A program made the translations under genes and the position numbers. From NCBI GenBank assembly GCA_041742355.1, contig JBGSIV010000191.1, positions 1 through 58,656 on the forward strand: 58,656 bases of DNA. The letters are read 5' to 3'. Each line of letters starts with the position of its first letter. Position 1 is the stretch's first letter. This DNA comes from Candidatus Zixiibacteriota bacterium (GTDB lineage Bacteria > Zixibacteria > MSB-5A5 > GN15 > FEB-12). Below, piece by piece: positions 48,802-56,639 of the stretch. The notes under the pieces are model-generated. The model was given only the letters and a program-made list of their open reading frames with translations, searched no databases and was not told where the DNA came from.

Positions 48802-50061
48802 GTGGAGTGGTTCGTACTCATAGTGATGCTCGCGGTCTTCGCCCTCGGCGTCTTTGCGCTCAAGGTCCCGGCCGGGGTCAGTCTCATGCTGGCCGCTGTC
48901 GCCGGAGCTCTCGCGGCCGGAGAAGGGATACCGGTGCGCCACTTGGTCGAAGGTGGGTTCGGATTTCTTGAAGCAATCTTGATCATTGCCTCCGCCATGG
49001 TCTTCATGAAAGCGATCGAAGCTGCGGGCACACTCGGTACCGTCAATTATTACATGATCAAGTGGTTTCACCGCAGTCCGTCGCTGCTGTTGATCGTAAT
49101 CGTTTTCTTTGTGATGTTCCCCGGGATGCTCACCGGGTTGTCGTCGGCTTGCATCCTGACGACCGGGGCGCTGGTGGCCCCGGGGTTGATTGCGATGGGG
49201 ATGGCGCCGCGCGCAGTGGGCGCGTTCATTGCAATGGGAGCGGTCCTCGGCGAGGTCGCGCCGCCCATATGCATCCCGGTGATGCTTATCGGCGGCGGGG
49301 TCGACATGCCGTATGTCGGTTTCGCACTCCCCCTGCTCCTGGCGTCGTTTCCGATCGCCATCGCCACCGCCCTCTATTTCCGCTTCCGGTATCTCGGGTC
49401 CTTCCGGGTCGAGGAGGTCCTGCCCAAACTGCGCCCGCCGGTGTACGATAAATATGGAGTCAAGCTGTTTCTCCCCACCGTAGCGGTGGTGGGTTTCCTG
49501 ATTCTCGAACAGATCATTCCGGAGCAACTGCCCCATGTCGGCGTGCCGCTATCGTTCATGATCGGCGCGGTGTTGGCCCTCCCCTCGGGGGATCGGTTCA
49601 GCTTGTGGCAGGTGCTGCGAAGCGCGGTGCGGGATGCGATGCCGGTCATGGCCATTCTCGTCGGAGTTGGTATGTTTCTGCAGATATTCACGCTCACCGG
49701 AACGCGCGGCAATCTTGCGGTCAATGCACTGCTGCTGCCGGAGGAGATCCGCTATCTGGCGGCGGGTATCATGCCGTTCTTCGGTTCCGCTTACGCATCG
49801 GCGTCAGTCATCGGGGTGCCGCTGGTGTTCGTGTTTATAGGCAAGAACGAAATCGTGGTAACAGCGGGGCTCGCGCTGTTGGCGGCACTGGGGGACTTGA
49901 TGCCTCCGCCGTGCCTGCTCTGCGCGTACGCCTCCCAGATCACCGGGGGGGAGAACCACTTCAGGATCCTGCGGCTGCTGCTGTTGCCGATCACCTTTGC
50001 CCTGGCAATCGGAATCGGGATCATTTACTTCGCCGACAACATCGCGGCAGTCATCTTCTGA
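48802..50061 (+). CDS. IT-superfamily (DctM/TRAP large subunit-like) transporter
   Basis: Many TM helices; GMLTGLSSA, GEVAPPICIPVMLIGGGVDMPY, GDLMPP; GGAGG RBS then GTG 48802. Confidence 0.8.
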   Translation: MEWFVLIVMLAVFALGVFALKVPAGVSLMLAAVAGALAAGEGIPVRHLVEGGFGFLEAILIIASAMVFMKAIEAAGTLGTVNYYMIKWFHRSPSLLLIVIVFFVMFPGMLTGLSSACILTTGALVAPGLIAMGMAPRAVGAFIAMGAVLGEVAPPICIPVMLIGGGVDMPYVGFALPLLLASFPIAIATALYFRFRYLGSFRVEEVLPKLRPPVYDKYGVKLFLPTVAVVGFLILEQIIPEQLPHVGVPLSFMIGAVLALPSGDRFSLWQVLRSAVRDAMPVMAILVGVGMFLQIFTLTGTRGNLAVNALLLPEEIRYLAAGIMPFFGSAYASASVIGVPLVFVFIGKNEIVVTAGLALLAALGDLMPPPCLLCAYASQITGGENHFRILRLLLLPITFALAIGIGIIYFADNIAAVIF

Positions 50062-50077
50062 GGAGAGGAATAGGCGA

Positions 50078-50224
50078 ATGCTCTACTGGACATACATAGC
50101 CATCGTCGCGATTCTCGCCGTGGTTGTCCTCGTGGAACTTGTAAACGAGCGCTCGTGGAAGCGGCAAGCGGCCATGGCAATGGTGCTGGTCGTGTTTATA
50201 CTGCGCGTCCTGCAGATCAAGTGA
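50078..50224 (+). CDS. 48-aa two-helix membrane protein
   Basis: AGGAGAGGA RBS, ATG 50078; MLYWTYIAIVAILAVVVLVELVNERSWKRQAAMAMVLVVFILRVLQIK; ends 1 nt before the next gene. Confidence 0.7.
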   Translation: MLYWTYIAIVAILAVVVLVELVNERSWKRQAAMAMVLVVFILRVLQIK

Positions 50225-50225
50225 G

Positions 50226-51350
50226 GTGCGTGTGCAGAAGCATCATATCAGTGCACTGGTGATACTGGCGGCCGCCGCTGCTGCTGCGGCTCTGGCTGCC
50301 TCTGATTTCCTGCAGATGCGCCATCCGGATAACCTGCTCGCGAGTCCGGGCCTGACGACGGTGCGGCAGTTGAGCGACTACGCCCCCTGGCTCAAGGGGA
50401 CCAACGGCGATACGCGCATATTCGAGTTTGACAGCGGCATTCCCGGTGGAACCCTGCTCCTGCTCGGCGGCACCCACCCGAATGAACCTGCTGGATTCAT
50501 TGCGGCGACGGTCATACTGGAGAACATCCGGGTGGAACAGGGGCGCGTGCTGGTTATCCCGCAGGCCTGCGCCAGCGGTTTCACCTGTACCGATCCGTTC
50601 GAGGGAGCGCCCATGAACTTCTCGCTGGAAGGGCGGTCCGGTACAAGGACATTTCGGTTCGGGTCGAGGGTTTCCAATCCGCTTGATCAGTGGCCTGATC
50701 CACTGGTGTACTCGCACTATCCGTCGGGGCAGCAGCTCTCCGGTTTCGAGACGCGAAACTTGAACCGGTCATACCCGGGAAGGCCGGACGGCACGTTCAC
50801 CGAGCAGGTGGGCAACGCGATTGTGGAACTGCTCCGGCAGGAGAATGTCGATCTGGCGTTCGACCTGCATGAGGCCGCACCGGAAATTCCGATTATCAAC
50901 GCAATCGTGTACCACGAGAAGGGGGAGGACCTGGCAATGAGCGCGGTGCTGGCCCTCGAGTTTGAAGACATGCGCTACGCCCCCGAGCTGTCACCCGCGA
51001 ACTTCCGCGGCCTCAGTCACCGCGAGTGGGGGGATGGCACGAATGTGATCCCGTTCCTCATGGAGACGTCGAACCCTATTCAGGGGCGCCTCCGGGGCCG
51101 GACTAACGCCGACTTGATCGTGAAGGGGGTCAGCGACGGTTACCGTCGAGCCCTGGAGTCCGGTGTGCTGCGCATCGAGTACGAAGCTGACGGCGAACCG
51201 TTATCCCGACGGGTGGGGCGGCATGTTCAGGGATTCACGGCGCTGGTCAACGCCTATAACGAGTACCGAGGGGAACGGCCGATCGTGATTAGTAACTTGC
51301 CCTCATTCCCCGAAGTCCTTAGCAATGGTGTAGGAAGTTATTTGAACTAG
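50226..51350 (+). CDS. Exported M14-like Zn peptidase/deacylase (succinylglutamate desuccinylase family)
   Basis: GGTHPNE (HxxE), RNLNR, DLHE; N-terminal hydrophobic signal. Confidence 0.85.
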   Translation: MRVQKHHISALVILAAAAAAAALAASDFLQMRHPDNLLASPGLTTVRQLSDYAPWLKGTNGDTRIFEFDSGIPGGTLLLLGGTHPNEPAGFIAATVILENIRVEQGRVLVIPQACASGFTCTDPFEGAPMNFSLEGRSGTRTFRFGSRVSNPLDQWPDPLVYSHYPSGQQLSGFETRNLNRSYPGRPDGTFTEQVGNAIVELLRQENVDLAFDLHEAAPEIPIINAIVYHEKGEDLAMSAVLALEFEDMRYAPELSPANFRGLSHREWGDGTNVIPFLMETSNPIQGRLRGRTNADLIVKGVSDGYRRALESGVLRIEYEADGEPLSRRVGRHVQGFTALVNAYNEYRGERPIVISNLPSFPEVLSNGVGSYLN

Positions 51351-51370
51351 TCTCATAGAGGAGTCCAGAG

Positions 51371-51976
51371 ATGAAAGCAGATCGGATACTTATGCGTGCC
51401 GCCGCAGGCCTGATCCTTCTTGTCGGATTGGCCGCCGCTACGTCGTTACTGGCCGGTGCGGCCCGGGCCGCGGATCCAAAGCCGCTGGAACTGCCGGCGC
51501 TTATATCGTCGGCCGGGCAAAGCGCCGATGTTAAGCTGGCCGAGATGATCGCGAAACGGAGCAACCTGGAGGTCACAGTTGCCTCGATGGCCACCAAGGC
51601 CGACCTCGAGGGAATCAAGACCCTCATTCTCGTGCCCGGTTTCAGTTCCAAGGGTCTCGGTGCGGCCGGCGTCAGCCAAGCGCAGGAACTCGATCGCGTC
51701 AACGCCCTCATTGCAGCGGCTAAGGAACTGAATATCCCGGTCGTTATGATGCATATCGGCGGTACCGCCCGACGTGGCGAGCAGTCCGATCCGTTTAACA
51801 AAGCCGCCGCGGAGGCGTCGGTGCAAATGATCGTCGTGGCCCAGGGAGATGAGGACAAGTTCTTCTCGACCATTGCCGCGGAGAAGAGCATTCCCATCGT
51901 GACAGTGCAGAAGATCGCGGAGACCGGTGAACCGCTGGCTGCCCTGTTTGCATCGAAGCCGGAGGCATCGCACTAA
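51371..51976 (+). CDS. Exported DUF6305-like protein
   Basis: Signal peptide; ISSAGQSAD, GFSSKGLGAAG, HIGG..RRG..SD. Confidence 0.7.
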   Translation: MKADRILMRAAAGLILLVGLAAATSLLAGAARAADPKPLELPALISSAGQSADVKLAEMIAKRSNLEVTVASMATKADLEGIKTLILVPGFSSKGLGAAGVSQAQELDRVNALIAAAKELNIPVVMMHIGGTARRGEQSDPFNKAAAEASVQMIVVAQGDEDKFFSTIAAEKSIPIVTVQKIAETGEPLAALFASKPEASH

Positions 51977-52016
51977 TGCGGATGTGGTAGTCCGGGAGGA
52001 CCTCAAGGAGTACGGT

Positions 52017-53933
52017 ATGAAGAAGAAATACACCTGGTTTGCGCTGATAATTCTCCTGGTGGCTGCGAGCGCGACCGCCTCTGCGGCTGGGGCGCAGGAG
52101 GCTGTCGAGGATAGCGGCCTGGTATGCAGCCCGCAGGGGATAGTGGCCGTTGCCCACCCGCTGGCCGCCGAGGCTGGAATGGCCATGCTGCGACAGGGCG
52201 GCAACGCGGTCGACGCCGCGGTGGCCGCCGCGTTCGCTATCGGAGTGGTCGAGCCTGATGGTTCAGGAATCGGCGGCGGCGGCGGCATGGTGATTTACCT
52301 CAACGACACCCGGGCCGCGCATTACATCAACTACTACCAGCAGGCCCCGGCCGCTGTCAACAAGCTCAACTACAATCCCGATACGGACCGCCACACCGGC
52401 AAATCGGTATTGATCCCCGGCACCGTTGCAGGGCTCCTGATGGCCTTGGAGAAATTCGGGACGCTTTCGCGTGAGATGGTCATGGAGCCGGCAATCCGCC
52501 TGGCGGAAGAGGGATTTGCATGCGACCGAACCCTGGCCCAGCTTGTGCTGGACAACATGACCCTGATTCAAAGACACGATTCGACGGCGGCTGTGTTCCT
52601 CGATGAGGGATTTCCCCGAATGGAGGGAGACCTGATCATACAACCGGCGCTGGCCAGGTCGCTTCGTGCGGTGGCGGAGAACGGCCGCGACGGATTCTAC
52701 AAAGGGGAAGTGGCGAACACGATCATTGCCGAGGTTAACCGCCTCGGCGGCGTGCTCACTGCAGATGACTTTGCGGCGTTCGAACCGACATTGACGGTAC
52801 CGGTACGCGGCACGTACCGGGGCTACGGCATCCTCTCGGCCAGCGCACCACAATCAGGCTCGACTGTGATTCAGTCCCTCAACATGCTGGAGAATGCCGA
52901 TCTCGCCGCCATGGGACACTACACCCAGTCGGCGGCCACCCTCCATCTCATGACCGAAACCTTCCGACGGTCCTACGCCGACCGGTGGCAGTACCTGGGG
53001 GATCCGGAGTCAGGGTATATCCCGCTACGGGGGCTGGTGTCGAAAGACTTCGCGTACGAGCGCTTTGCCGATATCAACCAATATCGCGCCGAGCCCGAGA
53101 CGTACCGACAGACACAGGCAGGTAACCCCGCCACCTATGACTTCGAAACGGATGAAACGTACTCCGGGCCGGACGAGACCTCCGGTGAACGGCAATCGGT
53201 GTTCGACGATGAGGAGGACGAAGGCCGGTCATCCTATGACACCTGGGGAGAAGACCTCTTTGACAGCTGGGGCTCGCGCAAAGCAAAGAATACCACGGCC
53301 GTCAAAACAAAAAAGGGCGCCAAGGCCGACACCACCGACAACGACACCCAGCACGATATCGACGAAGTCGACGGGCACACCACCCACCTTTCGGTGGCTG
53401 ACTCACACGGCAATATGGTGTCGCTGACGCAGACCCTGGGCACGTTTTTCGGATCAGGCATCACCGCCTCGGGCGTGCTCATGAACTGCGGTATGTCCAA
53501 TTTTTCGCTTACATCGGCGATCAATGTCGCGGAGCCCGGAAAGCAGCCGCGCAGTTCGATCTCACCGACGATCGTTCTTAAGGACAATCGGGCGGTGATG
53601 GCGATAGGGTCACCCGGGGCGAGCCGAATCATCACGACGGTGGTCGAGTTGATAGTCAACGCGATCGATTTCGGGATGAATGCGTGGGAAGCCAACGACG
53701 CTCCGCGATTCTACTGCCAGAAGTTCGAAGACAATCTGGCGATTGAAGGAGGAATCTCAGAGGAGGTGCAGGCCGAATTGACGAAAATGGGGCATTCGGT
53801 CCGGGCATACTCCTCGCATGATCTATTCTTCGGCGGCGCCCAGGTCATCTTCAGGGACAGTCTTACCGGCACCTACTGCGGCTCGGCGGATCCTCGCAGA
53901 GGCGGTGTCGCGCTCGGTTCCGATACTGAATAG
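52017..53933 (+). CDS. ggt: Gamma-glutamyltranspeptidase (GGT/CapD-like)
   Basis: GGNAVDAAVA..EP..SGIGGGG, catalytic TTHLSV, PRSSISP, GSPGA, ADPRRGG; AAGGAG RBS then ATG 52017. Confidence 0.95.
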   Translation: MKKKYTWFALIILLVAASATASAAGAQEAVEDSGLVCSPQGIVAVAHPLAAEAGMAMLRQGGNAVDAAVAAAFAIGVVEPDGSGIGGGGGMVIYLNDTRAAHYINYYQQAPAAVNKLNYNPDTDRHTGKSVLIPGTVAGLLMALEKFGTLSREMVMEPAIRLAEEGFACDRTLAQLVLDNMTLIQRHDSTAAVFLDEGFPRMEGDLIIQPALARSLRAVAENGRDGFYKGEVANTIIAEVNRLGGVLTADDFAAFEPTLTVPVRGTYRGYGILSASAPQSGSTVIQSLNMLENADLAAMGHYTQSAATLHLMTETFRRSYADRWQYLGDPESGYIPLRGLVSKDFAYERFADINQYRAEPETYRQTQAGNPATYDFETDETYSGPDETSGERQSVFDDEEDEGRSSYDTWGEDLFDSWGSRKAKNTTAVKTKKGAKADTTDNDTQHDIDEVDGHTTHLSVADSHGNMVSLTQTLGTFFGSGITASGVLMNCGMSNFSLTSAINVAEPGKQPRSSISPTIVLKDNRAVMAIGSPGASRIITTVVELIVNAIDFGMNAWEANDAPRFYCQKFEDNLAIEGGISEEVQAELTKMGHSVRAYSSHDLFFGGAQVIFRDSLTGTYCGSADPRRGGVALGSDTE

Positions 53934-53941
53934 GAGTTTTG

Positions 53942-55081
53942 ATGCCGGCACTCATACCTCTCATTCTCCTGGCCCTCGTGTTGGGTCTCCTAGTCTGGGA
54001 GGCGATGTGGGTGAAAAGCCGGGTTCGCCGGATACCGCTGCGAATTCATGTGGTCGGTACCCGCGGCAAGTCGAGTGTGACGCGGTTCATCGCCGCCGGG
54101 CTCAGGACGTCGGGGCGAAGAACCGTAGCCAAAATCACCGGCGTAATCCCGACTGTCATTGACACCGAGGGGCGCGACGTTCCGATCCATCGCCGCAGCG
54201 AGCCCCGGGTGGTCGAACAGTTTCGCATCATCGGACGCGCGGCTGCGTCAAAGGCCGAGGCGCTCGTGCTGGAGTGTATGTCAATTACTCCGGAGCTGCA
54301 GGAACTCGAATGCCGTCACTACCGTCCGACACTCTGTGTCGTTACGACTATCGGCGATGACCACCAGGAGCAACTGGGAGATGATTACCAACAGCAGGTG
54401 GACGCTGTGAGATCGGCAATCCCGGAGAATTCGACAGTCCTGACGTTTGAGAGTCCCCAACTGCCGGCAATTCGGGAGATGGCGCAGCAAAGGCACTGCG
54501 CCCTCCTGGTTGCCGATATGAACCTCGGGGAGATATCTCTTGGGATTCTGCCGGTGAATGTGGCTCTTGCTGTCGAGGCATGCGCCTTCGCCGGCGTGCC
54601 GCCGATACAAAGCATGCCAGCCATTATCGAGGAAGCCCGACGGGTGCGGGACGAGATCTTCGATATCGAGCCGGGCAGCAAGTTTGTCAACGGCTTTGCT
54701 ATCAACGACGTCACCACGGCCGGCAACTTCGTCCAGTACTGGCGAAGCGCGTTCCCGCAGACCACGGGCACCGTTGTGATGCTAAACACGCGCCAGGATC
54801 GTCCGCTGCGAACCAGGACATTTGCCCGATGGCTGGCGCAACTTCCCGAACGGACCGCAGTGATTCTCACCGGTACCCACGTTCCATACGCGAGGAGGCG
54901 CCTCGCGGCGGCTGGCGTTCCGCCGGAACAGATAGTATATTGGAATCAAAGGGATCTGCCCGGGGTCCGACGGAAACTGGAATTGCTGGCCGGTCAGAAC
55001 GCCCTGATTGTCGGCCTCGGAAACATCGCCGGCGATGGTCACAAAGTTCTCGCCGCTCTGCGACGCCACCAACACGAGTAG
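53942..55081 (+). CDS. pgsB: Poly-gamma-glutamate synthase PgsB/CapB
   Basis: RIHVVGTRGKSSVTR..AK.TG, LVLECM..PELQ, DHQE, NGFAIND, R.DR..R, GLGNI.G. Confidence 0.93.
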   Translation: MPALIPLILLALVLGLLVWEAMWVKSRVRRIPLRIHVVGTRGKSSVTRFIAAGLRTSGRRTVAKITGVIPTVIDTEGRDVPIHRRSEPRVVEQFRIIGRAAASKAEALVLECMSITPELQELECRHYRPTLCVVTTIGDDHQEQLGDDYQQQVDAVRSAIPENSTVLTFESPQLPAIREMAQQRHCALLVADMNLGEISLGILPVNVALAVEACAFAGVPPIQSMPAIIEEARRVRDEIFDIEPGSKFVNGFAINDVTTAGNFVQYWRSAFPQTTGTVVMLNTRQDRPLRTRTFARWLAQLPERTAVILTGTHVPYARRRLAAAGVPPEQIVYWNQRDLPGVRRKLELLAGQNALIVGLGNIAGDGHKVLAALRRHQHE

Positions 55082-55084
55082 GCC

Positions 55085-55516
55085 ATGCTGTTCGAATACT
55101 TCTTTATCGGACTGGTAGTCGGGTTCGTTTTCTACGAGCTGACTGACATCTCTCCCGGTGGGGTGATTGCCCCGGCGTATTTCGCACTCTATGTGGACCA
55201 GCCGAACAGGATAGCTATGACAGTTGCTGTTGCTCTTCTGCTGTGGCTTCTGCTGTGGTGGCTCTCGGCCCGACTCGTGCTCTTCGGGCGCCGTCGCCTC
55301 CTGCTTTCGGTCCTGCTCGGCTTCTGTATCATGGCGGGCATCGACTACTGGGTTCAGCCGGTGTTGCCGTCATGGCTGGCGTTCAATCCGATCGGCAACA
55401 TCATCCCCGGGCTGATCGCCAGCGAAATGGCCCGCCAGCGACCGCTGCCGACGCTGTCAGGGCTCGGCATAGTGACCGCCATCACCTATCTCATCATGCT
55501 TCCATGGAGAGGATAG
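55085..55516 (+). CDS. pgsC: Poly-gamma-glutamate biosynthesis protein PgsC/CapC
   Basis: SPGGVIAPAYFA, LFGRRR, IGNIIPGLIA; follows pgsB. Confidence 0.93.
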   Translation: MLFEYFFIGLVVGFVFYELTDISPGGVIAPAYFALYVDQPNRIAMTVAVALLLWLLLWWLSARLVLFGRRRLLLSVLLGFCIMAGIDYWVQPVLPSWLAFNPIGNIIPGLIASEMARQRPLPTLSGLGIVTAITYLIMLPWRG

Positions 55517-55520
55517 CGCT

Positions 55521-56639
55521 GTGATGAACGCCGTTCGCACATTCAGCCTGCTCGGTATCCTCCTGGTCTCGGTAGCCGCCGCTTGGTGGGTTGGCCGCTA
55601 CCATGTGTCCAGTTTCACGCGCTCGGATGCGGCGGCTATGCACGCGGCGGCAGATCTGGCCGAATCGTTGTTTGAGCAAATCGGCGAGCTCAAACGGGAG
55701 CGTCAAATCACTGTATCTCCGGCAGTCAGCCCCCCCCGAGGGTATCTGATCGGTGATGACTTCACGGAGATGACAACAACACTGGGGGCCCTGTCGGCGA
55801 AGGTGACGGCCACGAGTCCCGACTTTGCCGCGTTGATTGCGCACCTGCTGATCACGAGCGGGATTGACTCGACCCGCACGGTGGGTATTGTGCTGTCGGG
55901 CTCGTTTCCTTCTCTGGGGATCTCGGCGCTCGCAGCCGTGCAAACGCTCGGCGCCCGGGCTGTTGTGATCAGTTCCCTCGGTTCGTCGACCTACGGCGCG
56001 AACCAGCCGGGAGCGACGTGGATCGATATGGAGAGCCGGCTGTTCGAGCGCGGGCTGTTGAAGCATCGCTCCTCGCTCGTGACCCTGGGCGGCGAGAATG
56101 ACGACGGCGGCGGGATTCTGGATGAAGGCGTTGCTGCCATGGAGGAGGCGGCGCGACGCAACGGCGTGAGTCTGTACCGGCCCGGCACGCTTGAGGAATC
56201 GATCCGGCGGAAGACCGAGCTGATGGCTTCATCTGGCGTGGACGTTCTGATCAACATCGGCGGCAACCAGGCGAGCCTCGGATCGTGCGCGCATGCGCTG
56301 AGTATTCCGAACGGACTGCACCGGGAGTATGTCGGCTGCAACGATGCGAATCGCGGCATAATCGTCGCCATGGCCGCCGGGGGAACGCCGTTCATACATC
56401 TGCTCAATATCAAGGATCTTGCGGTCCGCTGGGGGATTCCCCTCGATCCCGCCTCAGGGCTGGCGCGATCTGAGTCGCTTTATACAGTCCGCCGCGCTTC
56501 ACCATTAGCGGCAGCCTCAGGAGTCGGCATTATCGGGCTGTTGCTCATCGGATTCAAATTGAAGACCGTCAGGAGTGTTCGTCGATGGAGCGTAGCAGCC
56601 CCACAGCCAAAAAGGACAACGAGGGAGAGGCTCATATGA
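55521..56639 (+). CDS. pgsW: Poly-gamma-glutamate system protein (PgsW-like)
   Basis: LIG..TTTLG.L.AK..T.PDFAA, SGSFP, SSLGSSTYGAN, INIGG, IHLLNI. Confidence 0.85.
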   Translation: MMNAVRTFSLLGILLVSVAAAWWVGRYHVSSFTRSDAAAMHAAADLAESLFEQIGELKRERQITVSPAVSPPRGYLIGDDFTEMTTTLGALSAKVTATSPDFAALIAHLLITSGIDSTRTVGIVLSGSFPSLGISALAAVQTLGARAVVISSLGSSTYGANQPGATWIDMESRLFERGLLKHRSSLVTLGGENDDGGGILDEGVAAMEEAARRNGVSLYRPGTLEESIRRKTELMASSGVDVLINIGGNQASLGSCAHALSIPNGLHREYVGCNDANRGIIVAMAAGGTPFIHLLNIKDLAVRWGIPLDPASGLARSESLYTVRRASPLAAASGVGIIGLLLIGFKLKTVRSVRRWSVAAPQPKRTTRERLI

